In this document: one piece after another, positions 38,253-47,685 of the stretch
Layout of the letters: the number at the start of each line of letters is the position of its first letter
Position numbering within the stretch: position 1 is the first letter of the stretch
Assembly (NCBI GenBank): GCA_034667725.1
Contig: JAXDQS010000001.1
Span: forward strand, 224,001 to 288,000
Reading direction: 5' to 3'
Source of the DNA: Thermoplasmata archaeon
GTDB lineage: Archaea > Thermoplasmatota > E2 > JACPAO01 > JAHFTW01
DNA: 64,000 nucleotides
Notes under the pieces: generated by a model
Databases searched by the model: none
The model's input: the letters and a program-made list of their open reading frames with translations, nothing else
What the model was told of the DNA's origin: nothing
Position numbers and translations under genes: made by a program

Positions 38253-39754
38253 TCTGGACGCACCCCTCCGTCGCCCTTCGGCGGATACTTGCGGCGAAGC
38301 TCCGGCTCAAGCTCGGCCGCACTTCGCCACGGCTTGGCCTTGATGCGATCCGCGCCGCCTGTGAAGTCGAGCTTGACCTTCTCGCCATAGCGTTCCCGCG
38401 CCATGACAAGGCGCGTGATGTTCCACCCGATGACCATGCACGCCACTTCGACCTCCAGGCTGGTCCGGTCCTTCGAGTTGCGGCGTCCCCGGCAAAACAC
38501 CTCGTCCCCGAGGCGGGCCTTGAAGGCGGCGTTGCCGTTCTCGGCTGCGTTGCGGCGCCCATGCCGGGCCGCGGCGCCGTCCGGGTCCATCAGCTCCGCG
38601 ATCATGGCGGCCTTGCGGTACTTCTTCTTCTCCGACGAGTCGGTCGGGATTCCCGTGTCGCGGGTGGGGATGTGCGCCTCCAGGTCGTTCTTGGCGGCAT
38701 ACTGGAAAATGTAGTTGGCATCATAGGCCCGGTCGCCGCCGAAGGCTTTCAGGTCCAGCATGAAGCGGGCCTGCTCCAGCAAGGCAAGGAACTTCGGCGC
38801 CTCATGGAACGGCGTGGATTGGAAGTGCCACGCCGCGATCAGGCCCGACTGGTAGGCCCACAAGAACTCGGCATAGGCCCAGGTGTGCAGGCGCGGCTTC
38901 TCTTTCCCCGCCGCGAGGCGCTTGGCCTCGCGCTCAACTTGGCGTGCCCGGAGGCGGCGGTCGCGGGCCGACAACACGGCGTTGGCGGGAACGTTGGCGA
39001 GCCGGGCTTCGCGGGCCTTTTGGATCTTGGACTTCTTCTTAGTCTTCGGCTTCTTTCCCCGGTATCGTTCATCATAGTAGGCATGGAAGTGCTGGGGCGA
39101 CAACCCGGTTCCATCCGGATAGATGATGCGCTCCAACTCGCGCACCGGCCAGAGCGAGATGGCGCCAAGCATCTTCAGCACCCGCAAGGCCTCCGGGTCG
39201 GCGTGGAACAATCCAAGCGTCGAGGCCGCGCAAGCGCCCCACGGGTTCGATAGGCCGGTGCTGGCCTCCATGTTCATCCGGTGCCACACGCGGTAAACGG
39301 CCTGATACACGGCGGCTTCCCACCGCCGGGGCCGCCCCGCCTTCGACGCATCGGGCTTGGCAAGGATGGCCGGCACGCCCACGCGCACGAGATCTTCGAG
39401 AACCTGCGGGAAGGCTTGCGCCATGCGGCGCCAGGCGCGGCGCTCTGCGCTGCGGTCGCGGCCCTTGCGCTCCACGCCGGCGCTCGTGTCGGGCATCTGG
39501 ATATGATCCAGGCGCACGAAGACTAGCACCATGTGGATGCAAGGCGCGTCCTGGTTCGGAACGTTGCTGCCGCCGTGGTCCGAGTCGCACTTCCACAAGC
39601 CATCCTCCAGCCACACGCGAACCCGACGGTTGCCGGTCGATGGTCCTAGGACGCCATACTCATCGCGGCCCCATCGAAGCACGGCGTCCGGTTCTTGCAG
39701 GAGCGTTAGCGCGTCCTGGCGGGTTTGAGGGGCGAGGTGGCGGAACTCAAGCAC
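38240..39754 (-). CDS. DDE transposase (IS4/IS5 superfamily) with an N-terminal SWIM-like domain
   Basis: WKCDSD..PCIH; AGRP; YPDGTG (D1), GGDRAYD (D2), RRNAAENGNAAFK (E), IGWN. Confidence 0.82.
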   Translation of the reverse strand: MLEFRHLAPQTRQDALTLLQEPDAVLRWGRDEYGVLGPSTGNRRVRVWLEDGLWKCDSDHGGSNVPNQDAPCIHMVLVFVRLDHIQMPDTSAGVERKGRDRSAERRAWRRMAQAFPQVLEDLVRVGVPAILAKPDASKAGRPRRWEAAVYQAVYRVWHRMNMEASTGLSNPWGACAASTLGLFHADPEALRVLKMLGAISLWPVRELERIIYPDGTGLSPQHFHAYYDERYRGKKPKTKKKSKIQKAREARLANVPANAVLSARDRRLRARQVEREAKRLAAGKEKPRLHTWAYAEFLWAYQSGLIAAWHFQSTPFHEAPKFLALLEQARFMLDLKAFGGDRAYDANYIFQYAAKNDLEAHIPTRDTGIPTDSSEKKKYRKAAMIAELMDPDGAAARHGRRNAAENGNAAFKARLGDEVFCRGRRNSKDRTSLEVEVACMVIGWNITRLVMARERYGEKVKLDFTGGADRIKAKPWRSAAELEPELRRKYPPKGDGGVRPEWQT

Positions 39755-40145
39755 CGGCCACCACCCCTTGAACGGGAACGTGCATGAATCGTTGGCAACG
39801 CCTGGGGGTAGTTAGGCACGCGGCTAATTTTGCCACCCCGACTGGCCAAAAAGTGGCTAAAATCTGCCAGTTGCTCCTGGAGATCAGCCGGCCAATCCGG
39901 CTTGACGACCTGGCAAAAAAGCGGCTAAAATGTGGCCAGTTGCTCCTGGAGATCAGCCGGCCAAACAAGGTTCGCCTGGATGAAAAGAGGCTAAAATCCG
40001 GCCAGTTGCTCCTTGAGATTAGCCGGTCAATCCGCCTGGATGATCGGCCGGCTAAAAAGTGGCTAAATTGTGGCCAGTTGCTCCTGTAGATCAGCCGGCT
40101 AATCCGCGTGGACGGCAAGAACGCGGCGGCAAATCTTGGCGTCAT
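39747..40145 (-). CDS. Possible repeat-peptide ORF (4 x RLI(S/Y)RSNW) overlapping both neighbours
   Basis: ATGA overlap with the upstream gene, stop overlaps the transposase start, repeat periods all multiples of 3. Confidence 0.35.
   Translation of the reverse strand: MTPRFAAAFLPSTRISRLIYRSNWPQFSHFLAGRSSRRIDRLISRSNWPDFSLFSSRRTLFGRLISRSNWPHFSRFFARSSSRIGRLISRSNWQILATFWPVGVAKLAACLTTPRRCQRFMHVPVQGVVAGA
39849..40106. repeat. Array of four ~50-bp imperfectly palindromic repeats, period 69/66/72 bp
   Basis: AAAAGnGGCTAAA..GCCAGTTGCTCCTGGAGATCAGCCGGCnAA; cag anchor at 39868, 39937, 40003, 40075. Confidence 0.92.
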
Positions 40146-40678
40146 CGCATCATCCCGCCCGGTATGCTGCCCGAAGGGCCGCCCATGCGGACCTCGGGCG
40201 CCGTGGACGCGATGGGGTCGCGGCCGACGCCTGCCGCCAAGACGGCGAGGGCGGCGGCGCCAAGGATGCCCAAGGCGATGCCAAGCGGCGACGGGCCACG
40301 GCGCGTCGGCGCCCGGGCGGAGTGCGGGACGCGCACCGGGCGCGGCGGCGCTTGGGGCGGGGGCACGGCCTCGGGCTCAGGCACGCGCTCCGGCTCGATC
40401 ACGGGGCGCGGCGCATGGACGCGAGGCTCGGGGTCGCGCCACGGCTCGGCCGCGTCGTCCGTCGTGGTGCGGGGCGTGGGCGGGCGCGGCACGCTGTAGG
40501 GCTGGGGCGCGGGCGCCAAGAGCCGGGCCAAGTCCTGCGCTGAAGTCAAGCCCGCGTCCTCGCGGTAAATCCGGTGCGTGTCGTCCTGGACGGTCGCAAG
40601 GTGCCCGCCCCGGCCTTGTTCATCGCGGAAGTCGTTCCGGCCGCACGCGGGGCACGCCAACGGTTCAGCTTCGTTCAT
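40142..40678 (-). CDS. C2H2-type Zn-finger, Pro-rich, single-TM protein
   Basis: CPAC...F......H........H; PEP repeats; TM; AGGAG SD upstream. Confidence 0.6.
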   Translation of the reverse strand: MNEAEPLACPACGRNDFRDEQGRGGHLATVQDDTHRIYREDAGLTSAQDLARLLAPAPQPYSVPRPPTPRTTTDDAAEPWRDPEPRVHAPRPVIEPERVPEPEAVPPPQAPPRPVRVPHSARAPTRRGPSPLGIALGILGAAALAVLAAGVGRDPIASTAPEVRMGGPSGSIPGGMMR

Positions 40679-40984
40679 GCAAATCTCTCCTCAACCAATG
40701 CAGCCGCCAGGAAATATCATCGGGGTAAACCCCCATGGTTTTCGTCCCCGACCGCAACGAAAACGCGCCGCCAACAGGAGGCAGGACGCCAAAATGGAGT
40801 CGTTTTCGGTATGGGCCGGTGTATGGGGTGCGTTTTCGGTTGGTGCCATGCCCCCCGCTGGGTTTCCAAGGTATATGAGGCGGGCAAATGCGATAGGCCG
40901 CAATGCGCCAGCAGCTAGTCGCCGGCCGCAACCTAGCCGAGGGTCGTCCATCCGGGCCGCTGGACTGTCGGGAATGGTCGGCGC

Positions 40985-41255
40985 GTGGTCGGTCGGTCGG
41001 TTCGGCGCGGCTGGACGATCGGTCGGTGAACGGTCGGTCGGTTGTTCGTTCGCGTGGCTGTCCCTGTGTCCCTGTTCGGGTGGGTGTCCCTGTCCCTGTC
41101 CACGTGGACAAGGTTAGGGTCGCGTCCCTGAGCGTCTGAGGGTCGCACTCCTGAGGCCTGAGGGTGCGTCCCTGAACGCCTGAGGGTAGGCCCTGAGGGT
41201 CGCGTCCGTGAGGCTCTGAGGGTCGGCCCCTCAAGCCCCTGAGGGTTCGACCCTG
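40985..41255. repeat. Origin-like block: GGTC and TGTCCC micro-repeats, 14-bp palindrome, 22-23-bp iteron-like repeats
   Basis: TGTCCACGTGGACA at 41097-41110; AGGGT at 41116, 41139, 41161, 41183, 41196, 41219, 41242. Confidence 0.85.
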
Positions 41256-41564
41256 GCCAGGATTGTTCGCGTCCACATTGGCCGCGTCCGCGAACGAACG
41301 ATCCCAGGCGCGGATCGCGGAACCCCCGGCAGGCGGCCCCAGACGCCATGCTCCGCCTCGGCAGGCGGGGCGGGCTCGGGCGGCAGGGTAGGCGACGCCG
41401 GGCGCGTCAAGGCGCGGCGCAAGAGGCCCAGGACGAAGCCCGCCACGGCCTCGCCCTACTCCGCTGCGCTCGGCGGCTTGGCGGGCACGGACGCAGGCTC
41501 GGCGGGCGCGGCCGTGGCGCCTGGAGCGTGGCGGCCGTGGTGCTTCTTGACCATGTGGCCGCCG

Positions 41565-43046
41565 CTAGGCCGGCCGGAGGCTGGCGTAGTGGACCGTGCG
41601 GCCTTCGCGGCGGGCGGTGGCGAGTTTGGCCTCGACGAGCTTGGCGAGGCGGTTCTGGGTGGTGCTGCGGCTCCAGCCGTGGCGGGCTTGCATCTCGGCG
41701 GCGATGGCGCCTTGCGGGGCGCCGGGGTTGCGGTCGAGCCAATCGTGGAGGGCCCGCATCTCGGGTTCGCGCAGGACCACGAGGTCGCGCCAGCCGGCGT
41801 CATACTTGCCATGGTTCTCGAAGTACCGCACCGTGGACTTGTGGGGCCGGGCCACGACGAGGCCGGCGCGCGCCAAGACCGTAAGGTGGTGCCGCGCAAC
41901 ACCAGGGGCAAGGCCGGCCTTGGCGGCGACCGTCCGGAACGTGGCGCCGGGGTTGGCGACCACGACCTCGTGGAGCTTGGCGCGGCGAGGATGGTTCAAG
42001 GGGCCCTTCACGTGGCGGCTGAACAGCAGCGCGGCGGCCAGCTTCCACGCCAGGACCACGACCGCCACGGCGACGGCTCCGGCCGCGACCGTGGCGCCGG
42101 TCCCGAACGCCACGAAGGGCGCCTCGTCCACCCGCACGGCGCCATCGACGCCCAAGCCGGCCTGCATCCGGTCGCCGCCCAGGTCATGGATGCCTTGAAG
42201 CGTGGTGTTGCCCGAGGTCGAGATGGTTTCCCCGGCCGCCTGGACACACCCCGCGCACGGCGCGGCGGTGGCAAGCGGGAGGCGGGCTTGGCCCGCCAGG
42301 GACACGGACGGGGCGGGGCCGCCGGCCAGGACGTAGGCGCCCTGCCCGCTGCCATGCAGCGCCGTCGCGGTGTCGAATTCGTGGAAGCTGAACGTCTGCT
42401 GCGTGAGGGTCCAGTCGAGCGGGAGGGGCGCTTGAGTGGAGGACAAGCCGCCGCCGTCCGGGCAGGCCGCCGCGCACGCCACTTGGACGCCGAACCACTC
42501 CATGCGCGTTACGCGGGACGCCTCGATGGTGAAGCTGCCCAATGCGCCGGTCGGGGCGAGCACATAGGGCTCGCGGTCGGGCAGGTGCCGCGGGCGGACG
42601 AAATCGCCCTCGGCCCCGCCGGGGCCCAAGAACGCCTCGAACCCTTGGCCATCTGGCTTGCCGGCCAAGGATGCGCGGCCCGTGAACGCAAGGCGCAGGT
42701 CGCCCTCGATGTAGATGGAGGCGGCCTCCGACCCGTCTGCAAGGATTCCGCGCAGGCCGGACACGGGCGCCGAGGATTCGCTGCTTGGGACGGGCGCGTC
42801 GAAGCGCCCGATCGTGGGTTGGTGGCTGGAGGCAAGCGTGTAGGTCCGGTTCGTGGCCGTGCCGGCCGCGTCCGCAAGCTCCAGCCCTACATGGCCGCCG
42901 TTGGGCGGGACGATGACCAGGACGCGCGTCAGGCCATCCACGACCGCCGCGCCGTCCAATTCGGCGGGTACGGAAAACTCGACCCCTTGGCTCGCCGCGA
43001 CACTGGGCACGACGAGCAGCAAGGCTAGGGCAAGGGTTCTTCGCAT
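41565..43046 (-). CDS. Membrane-anchored double winged-HTH regulator with a large ectodomain
   Basis: Signal peptide, ~290-aa ectodomain with CxxC pairs, TM ending LFSR, LNHPRR..NPG..HHL..L, second HTH. Confidence 0.82.
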   Translation of the reverse strand: MRRTLALALLLVVPSVAASQGVEFSVPAELDGAAVVDGLTRVLVIVPPNGGHVGLELADAAGTATNRTYTLASSHQPTIGRFDAPVPSSESSAPVSGLRGILADGSEAASIYIEGDLRLAFTGRASLAGKPDGQGFEAFLGPGGAEGDFVRPRHLPDREPYVLAPTGALGSFTIEASRVTRMEWFGVQVACAAACPDGGGLSSTQAPLPLDWTLTQQTFSFHEFDTATALHGSGQGAYVLAGGPAPSVSLAGQARLPLATAAPCAGCVQAAGETISTSGNTTLQGIHDLGGDRMQAGLGVDGAVRVDEAPFVAFGTGATVAAGAVAVAVVVLAWKLAAALLFSRHVKGPLNHPRRAKLHEVVVANPGATFRTVAAKAGLAPGVARHHLTVLARAGLVVARPHKSTVRYFENHGKYDAGWRDLVVLREPEMRALHDWLDRNPGAPQGAIAAEMQARHGWSRSTTQNRLAKLVEAKLATARREGRTVHYASLRPA

Positions 43047-43888
43047 GTCCTGTCCCCGAATAGCACCAAATCGCCGGTCAAAGTGGCGTGGGGCACAGCA
43101 GCACCGCGAGCGACCATCCGGGGCAGGCCAAGGCTGCTTAGTAGCATGGGGGGGTTCATGGTGGCCTGGACCACGTAGGTGGGCGCGATCGAATACTGCT
43201 TGTCCTGCTGAAGGTCCAGCATGGCGGTCCCGTTGCCCCAGTCCCAGAAGAACCGCAAGGCGGCAAGGCTGTGGCCTTCGGCTTGGTTCACTTGGCTGGC
43301 CTTCATGGACGACGGCTCGGTGCCCGTCTCGTTCCAGGTCGCCGTGAACGTCGAGGTCGCCTGGCCGGTTTCGTTGAGGAAGTCGATGGCGCCGTGGTGG
43401 ACCGGGATTCCGTAAGTGGTCCGCATGAAGTCCGCCAGCTCACGGTCGCTGACCCACCACGATGCCAAGGCCTGGAACGTGTCCCAGCCACCCACGCGGC
43501 ACGCTTCCGGCGGATCGAGGTTGGTGTGCGACTCCATGACCATCGTCATCGGCCGCTCATACGGGCCCCAACTGACCCGCTCGCATTGGTAGGCCTCGAC
43601 GTAAACGTCGCTGCCGACGCCGCCCGTGGCCGGGGGCCAATCGGACGGCGGAGTGCCGGGGTTCTGGCCTTTCGGGTACGTGTGGCCCAGCCCGACCATC
43701 TTGCAACCGTTCCAGGTCATGTTCAGGTCCACGACTGGCACCACCGGGCCCGGCTCGGGCGTGGTCATCGTTGAGCTCGTGGTGGTCGAAGTCGTCGTCG
43801 TTGAACTGGTGGTGTCCTGCTCAAGCGCTGGGCCGCCACAACCGGCCAGCAAGACCGCCACCGCGCAGACGACGAAGCGGGCCATCAT
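43025..43888 (-). CDS. Lipoprotein of unknown function
   Basis: LLAGC lipobox, Thr/Ser linker; ATGA-coupled to the upstream gene. Confidence 0.75.
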   Translation of the reverse strand: MMARFVVCAVAVLLAGCGGPALEQDTTSSTTTTSTTTSSTMTTPEPGPVVPVVDLNMTWNGCKMVGLGHTYPKGQNPGTPPSDWPPATGGVGSDVYVEAYQCERVSWGPYERPMTMVMESHTNLDPPEACRVGGWDTFQALASWWVSDRELADFMRTTYGIPVHHGAIDFLNETGQATSTFTATWNETGTEPSSMKASQVNQAEGHSLAALRFFWDWGNGTAMLDLQQDKQYSIAPTYVVQATMNPPMLLSSLGLPRMVARGAAVPHATLTGDLVLFGDRTCEEPLP

Positions 43889-44379
43889 GCCGAATTGCAC
43901 TCACTGACTGGGGATGTGGTAAAGCGGTAGGAGCCGAGGCCCAGTTGGTTCGTGTGGATGTCCACGGCACCTGGGCTAATGGTCATCTCGGGACCGTATC
44001 CCATCACGGACGCATCCATATAGAGGCGGAATGGATCGATGGGGGCGTCGAGGAGGATGGGCGAGGCCAGGATGCGAAAAGTCAGGCAGAAGATTCCGCT
44101 AAGGGCTTCCATGCACTCGGGAATCGGGTTGCCGGCCTGGACGCATAGCGCGGCGTCCAAGGTCGCTTGCGCGTAGGCCAGGGTGTATTCGCAGGCGTGG
44201 CCGCCGGCCGGCAGGTCGCTGCACGGCCCGTCCTCCGCCTGTTCCTGCATGGTGGAGGCCAGGCCGACGAGGCCGGCCACGAAGCCGGGCGGCACCGGCG
44301 AGAAGGTCTGCACCCGAACGTCTTGGGCTGCGGCAAGGGGCAGGACCATGAGGGCGACAACGAAAAGCGCAACGCGCAC
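43885..44379 (-). CDS. Secreted Cys-containing protein
   Basis: Signal peptide (GTG)RVALFVVALMVLPLAAA; overlaps the downstream start. Confidence 0.6.
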   Translation of the reverse strand: MRVALFVVALMVLPLAAAQDVRVQTFSPVPPGFVAGLVGLASTMQEQAEDGPCSDLPAGGHACEYTLAYAQATLDAALCVQAGNPIPECMEALSGIFCLTFRILASPILLDAPIDPFRLYMDASVMGYGPEMTISPGAVDIHTNQLGLGSYRFTTSPVSECNSA

Positions 44380-44643
44380 GTGGCCTTCGAGACACAGGTT
44401 CTGTTTAAGGGTAGTGGACAAAAGCTGGCAGATTCCGAAGCGCCCAACAGAGGAAACCTGGCATTGGTTCCGGACCTGCCAAGGTTTGACCACCGCGTTC
44501 AACTAAGCACGGCGAATCGTCCATTTGCTCATGGGCCGCCACGCCCTCCGCCCCTCTTCCCGTGTTCACCAAGCACCAAGGTTGTCGATCCGAGTGGCGG
44601 CCCATGGGCGTTTCGGCTTTGGCCGAATTTTGGAGAACCCGCG

Positions 44644-46083
44644 ATGACGAACCCACGAATCCACCAGAAGGCCCTGCTGTGCCTGTTGGCGATCGCCCTT
44701 GTGGCGCCTGCCTCCGCCCTGATTCCCTCCGATGCCCCCACCAGGACGACCGCCAGCGCCCAGGACGGCGTTCTCTACAGCTACACCGACCCCAACACCG
44801 GCAGCACGGCGCAGCTGGTGGCGCATGATGGCGCCTTGTGGTGTGAGTGGAGCGACGTTGCGCCGCCGTCGTCCAGCGCCTGGGTGGCCTTGTATTATTT
44901 CACCAACTGCAAGGTGCAGGCGGTCGGGGGCGGCGCGATGGCGTGCGGCTCCGACAACCAGGAAGGCAGCGGCGCGGCGGTCGGGTCGTGCCGGGTGGCC
45001 AGCTTCATCCCGTCCGTCGATCTGCAATGGTGGATCGCCTCGGCGGCCACCGAGATCACCCTCGTTACCGCCACTCATGCCCGGGACGTTTCAGTCCACG
45101 TTTCGGAATGGCGCGAGTCGGGCCATGTCAGCGTCAGCGGAAGCCTGGAGGCGACGGTCGGCTTCGTGGGCCGGGTCGTTGGCGCGGGGATGTTCAGCTT
45201 CAGCGGCAGCGCCAGCTACGAAAGCAGCTTCGAGGAAACCGACTATCAGTATCACTTGACGGATCGCGACGTTCAGATCCAGGAACGCCACGCCACCGTC
45301 CTGGGGCTTGACGGCGGCTTCGTGAACACCGTGCCCCAGATAGAGCGGCTCGACTTCGACGGCGCGACCTTCGGATGCGATGCCCTCAACCTCGTTGAGA
45401 ATCTGCGCGGCCCCCGCCAACTTGGAAAATACGCCAACCATCTCACCGCCCGCGCCCTGACCGGCGAACTGGACACCGACCTTGGCAACACCCGCCTGAA
45501 GGCCGTGGACAATAGGGGCGCCTTTGACAGCTACCAACGGAAGCCGAACGGCTTTGTGGCCACCTTCGACCAATCGAGCGCGTCGGGCTCCAGCGGCGGC
45601 CTGCTTCTGCTGGGTGCCTTGGTGAACCTTGCGACTGACGCGGCGGACAACAACGGCATGAAGCGGTTCGACTCCTCCTTCGCGTTCACCGCCGACTACG
45701 AGACTCCGGACGTATCGTATTCCACCACCATGGTCAGCCTCCGCACGGGAGACTCCTACCGCGTCCAACTGACCGTCCCCCCCACGCCGCTTGACCGGAT
45801 CGTCGCGACCCGCGATGACACGTTGTTGGACTTCGCGATCACGACCCCTGACCTTGCCGAGTATGAGGGGAACTTGGCCGACCTCTTGGCCGACCGCCTG
45901 TTCGATTCGCCCGCCGGGAGCATGGTGTTCGCGGGCTTCGACTGTCCCCCCTCGGGTGGCATCACCGCGAACCGCAACCCGCAGGAATGGACCTCGACGG
46001 CCAGCGTCCAAGGCTACTCTGGCGCCACCAACGCCGCCAAGAAGCTGGGCGTGGACGTTTACATGGACCTGAACCCCTACTAG
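44644..46083 (+). CDS. Secreted protein of unknown function
   Basis: GGAG SD; signal peptide ending APASA; 479 aa, beta-rich. Confidence 0.72.
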   Translation: MTNPRIHQKALLCLLAIALVAPASALIPSDAPTRTTASAQDGVLYSYTDPNTGSTAQLVAHDGALWCEWSDVAPPSSSAWVALYYFTNCKVQAVGGGAMACGSDNQEGSGAAVGSCRVASFIPSVDLQWWIASAATEITLVTATHARDVSVHVSEWRESGHVSVSGSLEATVGFVGRVVGAGMFSFSGSASYESSFEETDYQYHLTDRDVQIQERHATVLGLDGGFVNTVPQIERLDFDGATFGCDALNLVENLRGPRQLGKYANHLTARALTGELDTDLGNTRLKAVDNRGAFDSYQRKPNGFVATFDQSSASGSSGGLLLLGALVNLATDAADNNGMKRFDSSFAFTADYETPDVSYSTTMVSLRTGDSYRVQLTVPPTPLDRIVATRDDTLLDFAITTPDLAEYEGNLADLLADRLFDSPAGSMVFAGFDCPPSGGITANRNPQEWTSTASVQGYSGATNAAKKLGVDVYMDLNPY

Positions 46084-46106
46084 CCCCCAAGGAGGAATGG
46101 ACGCGC

Positions 46107-47033
46107 ATGAAGCCCGGCACCGCCGCGACCCTTGCCCTGCTGATGCTCCTTCTAGCCGGGTGCGGCAATCCCAACCCCCCGGAACCGACCTCCACCCCCT
46201 CCTCCTCAACCACCACGACCGCCGAGCCGGCCGCGACGCTGCAAACCGTCGAGGGGCGCGACCGCACTTTCATTCGCATTGGCGAACGGCCCGCCAACGC
46301 CACGTTGCGCGTATTCCACACCGCCGAGCAAGAGGCCGATACCTTGGATGGGTGCGGCCCCGGCGGCCCGGGCGTCGGCCGGAATAGCGGGAGGGAATGG
46401 TATTCGTTCACGGTATGGAACCGGACGGGCCTTGTTCACTATGAAGAACACCCCATCTGGCCGAAGCAAAAACGATTCGACCACTCGGTCCAGTTGCCCC
46501 CCGATCCGCCGTTCCTGGTCTGGGTTGAAGGGACCTGTCTGGGGTCGGTGTCCATCCAGTTTAGCACGCCCGACTGGAAGCGGTTCCCCTTGGGCGGCGG
46601 TGGCCCCGAGCCGGGCGCCATTGACGAGTCGTATGAGCCCACGGTCGAGATTCGTATCCCGGCCGGCCAACTGGAAGGGAACGGTTACTTCCGAGTGGAA
46701 GGGAACACCTACCATATCGAGGCGAACACCATTTCTGGCGAATGGACGTTCGAAGGGCAAAGCTTCGGGGACGTTTACACCCATGCCCCGGACCAGACGA
46801 ACGGCGACTGGTACATCCATTCCTGGTTCGACCTGACGGATAGCGGCTGGGAGGAAACCCATGGGGACATCGCCATGCCAGGAACCTACCGCTACCATGT
46901 CGTGCTGGACGCGCCGACCGTGGTGGAAACGGTATGGACCGGCAGAATGTGGGCCATGCGGTTCCTGCCCAGCGAATTGGAGTTGAACGGGTTCCAAGTG
47001 CCGTTCCGGCTCTACGACGACCACACCGCCTAG
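46107..47033 (+). CDS. Lipoprotein of unknown function
   Basis: LLAGC lipobox; AGGAGG upstream. Confidence 0.75.
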   Translation: MKPGTAATLALLMLLLAGCGNPNPPEPTSTPSSSTTTTAEPAATLQTVEGRDRTFIRIGERPANATLRVFHTAEQEADTLDGCGPGGPGVGRNSGREWYSFTVWNRTGLVHYEEHPIWPKQKRFDHSVQLPPDPPFLVWVEGTCLGSVSIQFSTPDWKRFPLGGGGPEPGAIDESYEPTVEIRIPAGQLEGNGYFRVEGNTYHIEANTISGEWTFEGQSFGDVYTHAPDQTNGDWYIHSWFDLTDSGWEETHGDIAMPGTYRYHVVLDAPTVVETVWTGRMWAMRFLPSELELNGFQVPFRLYDDHTA

Positions 47034-47052
47034 CGCAGCGCCGCTTGACGAT

Positions 47053-47685
47053 TTGAAAACGCGATTGGAGATAGTGGATACTTTGACGACCGATTCATCG
47101 AATGTTGCGACTGAAGAAATCTTGCCCAAGTGGTGGCGCCGCGTGGTGATCTACGCCCTGGGAAGCGCCTTGCTGTGCCTGCTGCTGTCCGGAATCTTTG
47201 ACGCCTTGCTGCCCACCAAAGGCGTCTGGGTGCTTTCCTGGTGGGGCCTATGGATCGCGCTCCTGTTGATGGGGGTGCCATTCCTGACGCGGGAGGAAGG
47301 GAACGCCAACGTGGAGGCGCCCGTGGACTTCCTGGGCCAAGGCATCGCAAGCCGGTTCCTGTTGAACCCCGTCGAGGCCGGCCGCATCGGGCGAGGCTGG
47401 CTGAAGCTGCCCCCTGAACCCGGCGACGATGCGCCCCCTGAACCCTACTTCGTGGGCACGAACCTGAGACTCAAGGACGAGGAAGCCCACTTGATGGCCA
47501 AGGAGATGCTGGAGGCGGCGGCCCGCGGCCAATTCTACGCATTGGAGGTGCGCCGCCACGTTGGAGGCGGCCCCTGGGGGCCGGTCCAGGCTTCGGTCCC
47601 CGCCGAGAACCTCAAGCCCGCCGCCCGGCCGCCAGCAAAGCGCAAGTCGCCCAAGGCGGACGGCGCTGGAGCGCCTTCCACCTAG
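47053..47685 (+). CDS. Two-TM hypothetical protein
   Basis: Two TM helices then a soluble domain; start uncertain. Confidence 0.55.
   Translation: MKTRLEIVDTLTTDSSNVATEEILPKWWRRVVIYALGSALLCLLLSGIFDALLPTKGVWVLSWWGLWIALLLMGVPFLTREEGNANVEAPVDFLGQGIASRFLLNPVEAGRIGRGWLKLPPEPGDDAPPEPYFVGTNLRLKDEEAHLMAKEMLEAAARGQFYALEVRRHVGGGPWGPVQASVPAENLKPAARPPAKRKSPKADGAGAPST

Noticed and set aside
39849-40106. CRISPR array
   Set aside because: Repeats are ~50 bp and degenerate, linkers are short and similar to each other, and no cas genes are present.
39849-40106. TIGR array or archaeal ORB origin
   Set aside because: No 36-nt dual-spacer unit or Nop-domain gene; no ORB consensus with G-string and no cdc6/orc1 nearby.
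40665-41446. ORFs across the iteron-like block (203, 179, 138 and 71 aa)
   Set aside because: Low-complexity translations of repeats whose period is not a multiple of 3; probably non-coding.
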